NCBI RefSeq assembly: GCF_000092105.1
Contig: NC_014148.1
Coordinates: 1,920,001 to 1,952,000 of the forward strand
Reading direction: 5' to 3'
Origin: Planctopirus limnophila DSM 3776
GTDB taxonomy: Bacteria > Planctomycetota > Planctomycetia > Planctomycetales > Planctomycetaceae
DNA: 32,000 nucleotides
A model generated the notes under the pieces. It was not told where the DNA came from. It saw only the letters and a list, made by a program, of their open reading frames with translations, and did no database searches. The position numbers and the translations under genes are program-made. Below, piece by piece: positions 9,715 to 17,412 of this stretch. How positions within the stretch are numbered: the first letter of the stretch is position 1; every line of letters begins with the position of its first letter.

Positions 9715-12700
9715 TCACATGAACATGGGTGCTGTGGGACGCCTCAGATCTAACGTAAATGGGAAGTGTCTGTTGGTGTGTTCCGGAGGAAGCTTCATGG
9801 CTCCGCCCGTATGGTTCATCTTGTAGAAGCGAGTCATGCGACGACTTTCAGCCTCATAGGAGTTCACTGGGAAGACGTCATATCCGCGACCACCCGGATG
9901 CACCACGTGATACTGTGCACCACCGACTGAGCGATTCAGCCAGGTATCGACGACATCAAAGGTCAACGGTGAATGAATCCCGATGGTCGGATGCAGGCAT
10001 GATGGTGGTTGCCAGGCTCTGTACCTGATGCCAGCCACATATTCGGATTCTGTACCCGTCGGATGGAGTGGAATGCGTCGTCCGTTCACGGTGAGTACTT
10101 GACGCCCAGGAGTGAGGCCTTTCACTTTCACCTGCAGTCGTTCGACCGAAGAATCGACATACCGGGCTGTTCCGCCGGGGGCACCTTCTTCGCCCAGCAC
10201 ATACCACGGTTCCAGGGCTGTGCGGAACTCAATATGCACCGATCCCAGAGAGATCTCGCCGATCTTCTGGCAACGGAATTCGAGATGCGGATTGAACCAG
10301 TCGTTCTCAAATGCAAAACCGGCATTTTGCAGCTCGCCAATCACACACTGGAAATCTTCTTCCAGAAAATGTGGCAGCATGAATCGATCATGCAGCGATG
10401 TTCCCCAGTGAACTGGCGGATGACGATAGGGTTCCTCCCAGAACCATGCCACAATGGCCCGAATCAGCAACTGTTGCGTCAGGCTCATGCGGGCATGTGG
10501 AGGCATCTCAAACCCACGAAATTCCACCAGTCCCAATCGTCCGGTGGAACTGTCTGGCGAATACAGTTTATCGATACAGAACTCAGCGCGATGCGTGTTC
10601 CCCGTCACATCCACCAGCAGATTTCTGAAGATACGATCCACCAGCCAGGGAGGGACGGATGTGTGATCGGGAATCTGTTCGAAGGCCAGTTCCAGTTCGT
10701 AAAGCGTATCTTTTCGCCCTTCATCCACGCGGGGTGCCTGGCTGGTCGGCCCAATAAACAGTCCCGAGAACAGATAAGAGAGCGAAGGATGATTGTTCCA
10801 GTAGGTAATCAGGCTGCGCAGCAGATCGGGACGTCTGAGGAATGGACTATCAGCCGGTGTCTTACCGCCCAATACCACATGATTCCCACCCCCTGTTCCC
10901 GAGTGTCGTCCATCGAGCATGAACTTTTCAGTCCCCAGTCGAGACAGCCTCGCTTCGTCGTATAGGCCAGTGGTCAATTCGGCCAGGTCATTCCAGGTCT
11001 CCGTAGGTGGAGTGTTGACTTCAATCACCCCGGGATCAGGTGTGATCTTCCAGACGAGAAGCCGAGGATCATAAGGGGGCAGGTACCCTTCTACTGCGAC
11101 CGGCATGGAAAGTTCTGCCGCTGTTTCCTCGATTGCAGCGATGAGATCCAAAAAGCATTCTGCGGTTTCAACGGGTGGAAGGAACACAAACATGCGCCCA
11201 TCGCGTGGCTCAACGATCAGAGCCGTGCGCACCCAGCTGTCATTCATCTGGAATGGTTCAGGCTGCTTCCAATGTGAATCTTGATGGCTGTCGGAATTTC
11301 CATTTGAACCATTGTGGCCATCATGCCCGTTCGAAGGTGGCCCCGAGTATACGCCAGATCGATCAGCCGGCAGACTGCTGGCGCCGTCACTGCCAGGAGC
11401 CAGAGTTTTGCGAGCGACCGAAGAGACTGTCGCACCTTCACCAAACCCCCAGTGTTCCGTTGAAGGCCGATCCTGAGCCGCTTCACCCAGGTTTTGAGCC
11501 GACCACAAATTCGCTCCACTGGTCGAGGCGACTCCAATCGGAGTTGCAGGAATCATCGCCTGAGCTGCCCGCCGGAGTGCTTTAGGGACAGGAAGTGGAG
11601 GCAATGGTTCCAGAGGATCTCGATCGACCAGTCGTCCAAGACGTTCATCGGAAATATAAGGCAGCGAATCCAGCGGCAGGCGGAAGCCCATCGCGGAATC
11701 ACCCGGGAGCAGATAGAACTGATCGCGCCTGACAGGCCATTCGGCAGTGACCCAATGCGGCGTCGAGTTCCAGCGATTACGGCGCAATGGCAAGACACAA
11801 CCCGTGGGCTTGCCCAGACCTCGCTCAAACAGTCGCACGATACGCTCGCGCTCCTGCTTGTCTTTGAGCTTGTTGTCGAAGACATCGACATTGATCGGCA
11901 AACGCATTTCACGCATGGCGTAATACGCCACGTCTTCATATCCATCCACAATAGTGCTGGTCGTGACTTCGAGATTTTTAGCCAGCAGTTCGATAAACCG
12001 TCGGGCATCCGCAAAATCAAAGTCGTACTTGGTCGTTTCGTCAGCCATGAGATTCCGATCACGCCAGACGGGTAACCCATCTTTCCGCGAGATCAGCGTA
12101 AATGCCCAGCGTGGTAATGGCTCTCCTGGATACCATTTTCCCTGGCCATAATGAATCAGTGCTCCATTGGCAAAACGCTCGCGAATACGACGAGAAAGGA
12201 CGTCAGCCCGCATTCGTTTCGTTGGTCCAATGGCAGCCGTATTCCATTCATCGCCTTCCATGTCGTCGATGGAAACAAACGTCGGCTCACCACCCATCGT
12301 CAGTCGCACGTCGGCTGCATTCAGGTGACGATCCACATCGTTCCCCAGCCGCATGATCCGTTGCCACTGCTCGTCTGTGTAAGGCTTGGTGACTCGGGGA
12401 TCTTCGTGAACTCGAACGACCTCCATTTCGAAATGGAACTTCGTTTCACAAGGATCAATGGCTCCCGTGATAGGTGCCGCAGAACCTGGCTCGGGCGTAC
12501 AAGCCAGAGGGATATGTCCTTCGCCACAAAGCAGGCCAGAAGTGGGATCCAGTCCTACCCAGCCTGCTCCCGGAAGATAGACTTCGGTCCAGGCGTGCAG
12601 ATCGGTGAAGTCATATTCGGCACCAGAGGGGCCATCCAGAGCTTTGACATCAGGAGTCAGTTGTAGCAGATATCCCGAGGCGAAACGTGCGGCGTAACCA

Positions 12701-13281
12701 AGGTGCCTCAGAATATGAACCAGCAGCCACGCAGAATCCCGGCAGGAACCCGATCGTTTAGTTAAGGTCTCTTCTGGAGACTGAACGCCATGTTCGAGGC
12801 GGATGACGTAGCAGATGTCTCGATGAAGCTGACGGTTCAGTTCAACCAGAAAATCAATCGTTCTCTGTGGCTTTTGATCGACAGTTTCAATGTAGGCCTT
12901 GAGAGCTGGAGTCGCTGTGGGAACCGCCAGATAGGCTGCCAGTTCCGATTTGAGCCATGGTTCGTAGATGAACGGAAATTGCTCGGCGTACTCTTCGAGG
13001 AAAAAGTCAAACGGATTGATGACTGTCATGTCGGCAATCAGGTCGACGCTCACACTGAATTCTGTGGTCTGTTTGGGGAAAACCAGACGTGCCAGAAAGT
13101 TGCCGTGAGGATCCTGCTGCCAGTTCAGATAATGGTCTTTGGGCTCAATTTTGAGCGAATAGGAAACAATTGGTGTCCGGCAATGAGGCGCCGGTCTGAG
13201 CCGCACAATATGCGGGGCCATCGATACCAATCGATCGTAGGTGTAGACAGTTTTGTGATGAAGAGCGACACGGATCGTCAT
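9715..13281 (-). CDS. Large transglutaminase family protein: Bact_transglu_N, transglutaminase core, low-complexity linker, and a DUF2126-type (putative amidoligase) C-terminal region
   Basis: 1188 aa. The N-terminus is MTIRVALHHKTVYTYDRLVSMAPHIVRLRPAPH. The triad context is Cys180 in RSGSCRDSAW (codon 12742..12744 checked), His229 in TDLHAWTEVY and Asp245 in WVGLDPTS. The ~500-aa C-terminal region (RTALIVEPRDGRMFVFLPP...GGGNHVVLGG...FRGFEMPPHARM...) matches what I remember of DUF2126 proteins. This architecture typically precedes an ATP-grasp/Alpha-E fusion gene. Confidence 0.85.
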   Translation of the reverse strand: MTIRVALHHKTVYTYDRLVSMAPHIVRLRPAPHCRTPIVSYSLKIEPKDHYLNWQQDPHGNFLARLVFPKQTTEFSVSVDLIADMTVINPFDFFLEEYAEQFPFIYEPWLKSELAAYLAVPTATPALKAYIETVDQKPQRTIDFLVELNRQLHRDICYVIRLEHGVQSPEETLTKRSGSCRDSAWLLVHILRHLGYAARFASGYLLQLTPDVKALDGPSGAEYDFTDLHAWTEVYLPGAGWVGLDPTSGLLCGEGHIPLACTPEPGSAAPITGAIDPCETKFHFEMEVVRVHEDPRVTKPYTDEQWQRIMRLGNDVDRHLNAADVRLTMGGEPTFVSIDDMEGDEWNTAAIGPTKRMRADVLSRRIRERFANGALIHYGQGKWYPGEPLPRWAFTLISRKDGLPVWRDRNLMADETTKYDFDFADARRFIELLAKNLEVTTSTIVDGYEDVAYYAMREMRLPINVDVFDNKLKDKQERERIVRLFERGLGKPTGCVLPLRRNRWNSTPHWVTAEWPVRRDQFYLLPGDSAMGFRLPLDSLPYISDERLGRLVDRDPLEPLPPLPVPKALRRAAQAMIPATPIGVASTSGANLWSAQNLGEAAQDRPSTEHWGFGEGATVSSVARKTLAPGSDGASSLPADRSGVYSGPPSNGHDGHNGSNGNSDSHQDSHWKQPEPFQMNDSWVRTALIVEPRDGRMFVFLPPVETAECFLDLIAAIEETAAELSMPVAVEGYLPPYDPRLLVWKITPDPGVIEVNTPPTETWNDLAELTTGLYDEARLSRLGTEKFMLDGRHSGTGGGNHVVLGGKTPADSPFLRRPDLLRSLITYWNNHPSLSYLFSGLFIGPTSQAPRVDEGRKDTLYELELAFEQIPDHTSVPPWLVDRIFRNLLVDVTGNTHRAEFCIDKLYSPDSSTGRLGLVEFRGFEMPPHARMSLTQQLLIRAIVAWFWEEPYRHPPVHWGTSLHDRFMLPHFLEEDFQCVIGELQNAGFAFENDWFNPHLEFRCQKIGEISLGSVHIEFRTALEPWYVLGEEGAPGGTARYVDSSVERLQVKVKGLTPGRQVLTVNGRRIPLHPTGTESEYVAGIRYRAWQPPSCLHPTIGIHSPLTFDVVDTWLNRSVGGAQYHVVHPGGRGYDVFPVNSYEAESRRMTRFYKMNHTGGAMKLPPEHTNRHFPFTLDLRRPTAPMFM

Positions 13282-13816
13282 TTGGTCTGCGCTTTACTTA
13301 CAGTATTCGTTTCGAGTGCCGCACAACCTTGTTGTTTCGGCCCACTTTAAAGTTAATTCCCAGTAGAAAACGCTCGGGCGAAAGTTCCGGGTACAAATCC
13401 ACACTCAATTGACATGAAACTCAGTCGTAACGATCTTCTGGCCCGATCCAATTCCTGTTTGCGGTGAACGGAAAATGAGCGCCCGCCGCCAGGATTGCTG
13501 TAAGAGTAGTTCACAAACAGGCACCGACTTGCTCCTGAATCAACTTTCTGAAAATCTGGTCATGGGAAATCGGCACTTACCAACAAAAGTTTGCAACAAG
13601 TGCAATTTTCGTGCATTGTGAGGTGTGAAATGAGGCTCACGCCATGAAAACTTTGATGAGAAGTGAAAGCCACGTCAAATTTCAACGATCGCATCGTGCT
13701 GTGCCATAAAAACGGGCGTTTTAATGATTAAGTGGCGCGCATTTTGGGCATATCCTGGATTGTTGTTTCCCGGCCAACTTACAAAATTTATTGCTTCTCC
13801 ACGGAAATCGTGTCTT

Positions 13817-15427
13817 ATGTTCGTCTTGCCTGAAATTCGTGCAGCTCTGAGTGTGTTATTGCTGATCCAGTTGGCGGCTGAATCTCTCTGGGCCAATGAA
13901 CTGACTTTGATCTCACATCAATCTCCTCGGCCGAATGTGGTGTTTATTCTCGCTGATGACCTGGGGTGGGGAGAAGTTGGTTGCTTTGGACAATCCAAAA
14001 TTCCCACACCCAACATTGACCGCCTCGCGAGTCGGGGTGTCAAACTGACTCGCCACTATAGTGGTGCACCAACATGTGCCCCTTCACGATGCGTCCTGAT
14101 GACGGGAAAACATCTGGGACACGCAGAAATTCGTGGCAATCAGCAGGCCAAAGTGAAACTCCCCCAGTTCACTGAAGGGCAACATCCATTGAGTGACAAA
14201 GCGCTCACCATTGCCAGACAGTTTCAAAAGGCAGGTTACGCGACAGGTGCCTTTGGAAAATGGGGTCTGGGGCCAGTCGGCAGTACAGGTGAACCCAATC
14301 GACAGGGGTTTGATGAGTTTTTTGGTTACAACTGCCAGGCCCTGGCCCACAGTTACTTTCCCAAAGCGTTATGGAAGAATGCAGAGAGTATTGTCAACAA
14401 TGAAAAGCCGGTTCCCGGTCATAAAAAGCAACCTGAAGGCGAAGTGACGATGGAGGCTTACCAGGGAGAAAATTACGCTCCCCGGTTAATTATGGCAGAG
14501 GCTCTGTCGTTTATTGATCGTCATCATCAGCAGCCGTTTTTCCTTTATCTCCCGTTCACAGAGCCGCATGTTGCAATGCAGCCACCGCCGAAAATTGTGG
14601 AAGAGTTTCCGGTAGAGTGGGATGAACGCGTTTATCGAGGCGATGGCGGTTATTTACCACATCCCAGGCCCCGTGCAGCCTACGCCGCCATGATTCGAGA
14701 TCTCGATAACCATGTGGGTGACGTCATCACCTCTCTCGAAAAACATGGTCTGCTGGAGAAGACTCTGATTGTCTTTACCAGTGATAACGGGGCGACTCAT
14801 GCCAGTGCCAATCCCGATTTTCATGTCGGTGGAGCTGATCCTCTCTTCTTCAATAGCACCCGCGAACTCAAAGGATTTAAGGGAAGCATCTATGAAGGGG
14901 GCTTGCGTGTCCCTGCCATTGTTTCCTGGCCCGGGCAGATCCCTCCTGCGACGACCATCAACACTCCCAGCTATTTTCCCGATTGGTTTCCCACTCTCTG
15001 TAATGCCACTCAACTCCCTCTTCCTGAAGGTTTAGATGGCGTCAACCTGCTGCCATTGCTCACTGGCAAAACTTCGCCAGATCAGTTTATTCGTCCCGAC
15101 CCGATGGTTTGGGTTTATGCCGAATATACGGGTCAAGTCTGTGTGCATCTGGGAGACTTCAAGGTTCTCAGACGCGGCCTTCGCACCAACCGGCCCGGGC
15201 CCTGGGAAGTCTATCAGCTTGTTTCTGATCCTGGTGAAAGCACAAATCTGGCAGACAGCCGGCCTGATCTTGTCACTAAGGCGATCGAAGTCTTAAAGGC
15301 TCAAACCGCCCCGAATGAAATTTTTCCTATGCCGGAGTGTGACCTGCCTGTCCTCGAAAAGGGGGCTCCCAAGGCCAAAACACAGGGCAAGAATCGCTCC
15401 AAGCAAGAGTCTGGGGCGACAGAGTAA
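13817..15427 (+). CDS. Secreted sulfatase (arylsulfatase A / N-acetylgalactosamine-6-sulfatase-like), formylglycine-dependent
   Basis: It carries the sulfatase signature TCAPSRCVLMTGK (C-x-P-S-R), the N-terminal metal-binding NVVFILADDLGWGE, and the mid-region FTSDNGA. The track ORF starts at ATG 13724, but the in-frame ATG at 13817 gives a canonical signal peptide MFVLPEIRAALSVLLLIQLAAESLWA, so I prefer it. The start remains uncertain. Confidence 0.9.
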   Translation: MFVLPEIRAALSVLLLIQLAAESLWANELTLISHQSPRPNVVFILADDLGWGEVGCFGQSKIPTPNIDRLASRGVKLTRHYSGAPTCAPSRCVLMTGKHLGHAEIRGNQQAKVKLPQFTEGQHPLSDKALTIARQFQKAGYATGAFGKWGLGPVGSTGEPNRQGFDEFFGYNCQALAHSYFPKALWKNAESIVNNEKPVPGHKKQPEGEVTMEAYQGENYAPRLIMAEALSFIDRHHQQPFFLYLPFTEPHVAMQPPPKIVEEFPVEWDERVYRGDGGYLPHPRPRAAYAAMIRDLDNHVGDVITSLEKHGLLEKTLIVFTSDNGATHASANPDFHVGGADPLFFNSTRELKGFKGSIYEGGLRVPAIVSWPGQIPPATTINTPSYFPDWFPTLCNATQLPLPEGLDGVNLLPLLTGKTSPDQFIRPDPMVWVYAEYTGQVCVHLGDFKVLRRGLRTNRPGPWEVYQLVSDPGESTNLADSRPDLVTKAIEVLKAQTAPNEIFPMPECDLPVLEKGAPKAKTQGKNRSKQESGATE

Positions 15428-15477
15428 TCATCAAACTCTTCGAAATGGAATTACAGTTAGCACTCAAGGTCGAGTGA

Positions 15478-16437
15478 TTACGTTCGTCGCTGAGTAAGTG
15501 CGTAAGAAATCGCCAAGGCCAGAGAGTTCAGCCGAGTCGACGTTTCATCGGCCCGAGACATGAAGACCACCGGGTGAGTTGTCCCCATCAGCATCCCGCC
15601 AAACCGGCAATGGGCTGTGTACATGATGGCTTTAACCGTAAGGTTGGCTGCCTGTAATGAAGGGAAGAGCATGGCATCGGCATTTCCCACGATCTGCCGG
15701 TCGAGTTGCTTGCGAGAATTCGCCTGAGCATCCATGGCCATATCAAAAGAGAGCGGGCCTTCTATGACACAATCGGAAAACGCTCCCTGTTGCCCCATCT
15801 CACAAAGCTCCGGGCAATCGAGAGTATCTGGCATCGCCTCGGAGACTTTTTCGGTTGCTGCCATCAGTCCCATGCGAATGGGTTCTTTGGATTGTGCTTT
15901 GTGAGAGTCGAACTTGAGTAACCCTCGGGCTGCACTGGCCAGATGGTTGAGCATTTGCCGTTTCTGTTCTCGATTCGGAGTAATGGTGATCCCTGTATCG
16001 GTCATCAGAAAACGTCGATCGACCGCCAGGAGTTCCATCAGCACGACCTGGCAGATCACTTGATCTGTGCGCAGGCCCTGGCTGCGATCCAGCACTGCTT
16101 TCATTAACGCCGGGGTTGCTATCTGGCCTTTCATCAGCAGATCAGCGCGACCTGCGCGAATCTCGGCAGTGGCAGCCTGAGCAGGAGCGGAAGAATCGGA
16201 CGGAGCATCAATCACATCCACAATGCGGAATTGATCGAGAGAGATCCCTGCAGCATGGGCCAGTTCTTCGATTTTCGGAGCAGGGCCAGTCAGCACCGGT
16301 TCGATCCAGCCGCGCTGGCTGGCCAACGACATGGCTTCGAGCACAGTCACATCAGCACCGCCAGCCGCAACAACACGCATACGAGGCTGGAGTTGATCAA
16401 GATAAGCGAACATCACATCGAAAGATGGCAGTGGCAT
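15478..16437 (-). CDS. Phosphate acetyl/butyryl-transferase family protein (PTA_PTB)
   Basis: About 319 aa from ATG 16435..16437; the track start at 16470 is a TTG. RVVAAGGADVTVLEAMSLASQRGWIEPVLTG..., ...DLLMKGQIATPALMKAVL... and ...VVFMSRADETSTRLNSLALA are typical of phosphate acyltransferases. It lies downstream of an enoyl-CoA hydratase gene. Confidence 0.8.
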   Translation of the reverse strand: MPLPSFDVMFAYLDQLQPRMRVVAAGGADVTVLEAMSLASQRGWIEPVLTGPAPKIEELAHAAGISLDQFRIVDVIDAPSDSSAPAQAATAEIRAGRADLLMKGQIATPALMKAVLDRSQGLRTDQVICQVVLMELLAVDRRFLMTDTGITITPNREQKRQMLNHLASAARGLLKFDSHKAQSKEPIRMGLMAATEKVSEAMPDTLDCPELCEMGQQGAFSDCVIEGPLSFDMAMDAQANSRKQLDRQIVGNADAMLFPSLQAANLTVKAIMYTAHCRFGGMLMGTTHPVVFMSRADETSTRLNSLALAISYALTQRRT

Positions 16438-16535
16438 GCAGTCAGACGCTCCTCGAAGTCGCTCAGTCAATGATTGGGGATGATTTACGCATTCTTGTGG
16501 CCGTAAGATGACGGGCGACGTGTATTGTCACCAGA

Positions 16536-17348
16536 TTATTCGGCGGGGAAGTGAGGCCGGGTATGCTGCCAGTGAGGAGTTCGCTTTTCCAGAAAGGCAC
16601 CAATCCCCTCTTGAGCGTCGCAGGCGAGAGCATTCTGAGTCATTAGCTCGACGGCTTTGTGATATGCTTCAACTTCTGAAATCTCAGCCAGATCGTAGAA
16701 GGCTCGTTTGCCAATTTCGAGAGCCGTCGCACTGGCCTGGCTGATTGCCATTACATATTCCTGGACAGCCTCATCCAGTTGATCAGCAGGAACGACTCGA
16801 TTCACCAGACCGATTTTGTGCGCTTCCGCAGCGGAAACAACTCGCCCGGTGAGCAACATTTCCATGGCCACTCGTGGCGGAACCACACGGATGAGTGGGA
16901 CCATGGGGGTGGTACAGAACAGACCAATTTTTACGCCGGGAGTGGCGAATCCTGCAGTATCCGCTGCCACCACCAGATCACAAGCAGCTGCCAACTGGCA
17001 ACCGGCGGCTGTGGCCAAACCTTGCACGCGGGCAATCACCGGTTGAGGCAACCTTCTGAGTCCGAGCATGACTCGCGTGCAGCGAGCGAACAGATGCCGA
17101 TATTCCTCCTCTGTTCGACCCCGCATCTCTGCAAGGTCGTGGCCAGAACAAAAGACGGGGCCTTCTGCCGCGAGTACGACAACGCGAATGGAACGATCTT
17201 CTGCAATCGCACTCAAATGCAATTCGAGTTCTTGCAGCATGAGTTCCGAAAGGGCATTTCGACGTGATGGTCTTGCGAGCGTCAGTCGAAGTGCAGCCGC
17301 TTCGCGCTCAACTTTGACAAACGCATCACCAGAACTGGCACCGAGCAT
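16536..17348 (-). CDS. Enoyl-CoA hydratase/isomerase (crotonase) family protein
   Basis: 270 aa. LTLARPSRRNALSELMLQELELHLSAIAEDRSIRVVVLAAEGPVFCSGHDLAEM and ARVQGLATAAGCQLAAACDLVVAADTAGFATPGVKIGL form the classic crotonase-fold oxyanion-hole motifs. Confidence 0.9.
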   Translation of the reverse strand: MLGASSGDAFVKVEREAAALRLTLARPSRRNALSELMLQELELHLSAIAEDRSIRVVVLAAEGPVFCSGHDLAEMRGRTEEEYRHLFARCTRVMLGLRRLPQPVIARVQGLATAAGCQLAAACDLVVAADTAGFATPGVKIGLFCTTPMVPLIRVVPPRVAMEMLLTGRVVSAAEAHKIGLVNRVVPADQLDEAVQEYVMAISQASATALEIGKRAFYDLAEISEVEAYHKAVELMTQNALACDAQEGIGAFLEKRTPHWQHTRPHFPAE

Positions 17349-17412
17349 TGCGATCCATCCCCTGGAAACTGCCCGAAATTGTCATGCAACAATTTTTGGG
17401 CAGCATTTCAAT

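Noticed and set aside
10009-12666. Long ORFs on the plus strand (318, 193 and 171 aa) and the alternative minus frame (175 aa) inside the 1188-aa gene
   Set aside because: They overlap a gene with strong family signatures across its length. Their translations are Arg/Ser/Cys/His-rich, which is typical of off-frame reading of biased coding DNA.
13475-13621. 48-codon Cys-containing small ORF in the divergent intergenic region
   Set aside because: It has a weak ribosome-binding context, no recognisable peptide family, and a size easily produced by chance. I mention it only within the intergenic-region finding.
13724-13816. N-terminal extensions proposed by the ORF track: sulfatase 13724, Hsp70 19431, glsA 21314, M20 26999, AbgT 28578, PTA 16470
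   Set aside because: Apart from the sulfatase, whose upstream start at 13724 is an ATG, these upstream starts are TTG codons. In the M20 case the extension would overlap the neighbouring gene. The extensions lack similarity to the families and are followed by in-frame ATGs that give canonical N-termini or signal peptides. The exact starts remain unverified.
15457-15480. CIRCE-like heat-shock operator: TTAGCACTC aaggtc GAGTGATTA
   Set aside because: The left half is a perfect CIRCE half-site. However, the spacer is 6 nt rather than 9, the right half is degenerate, and the site sits between two convergent 3' ends far from the Hsp70 gene. It is more likely a weak 5-bp hairpin or chance.
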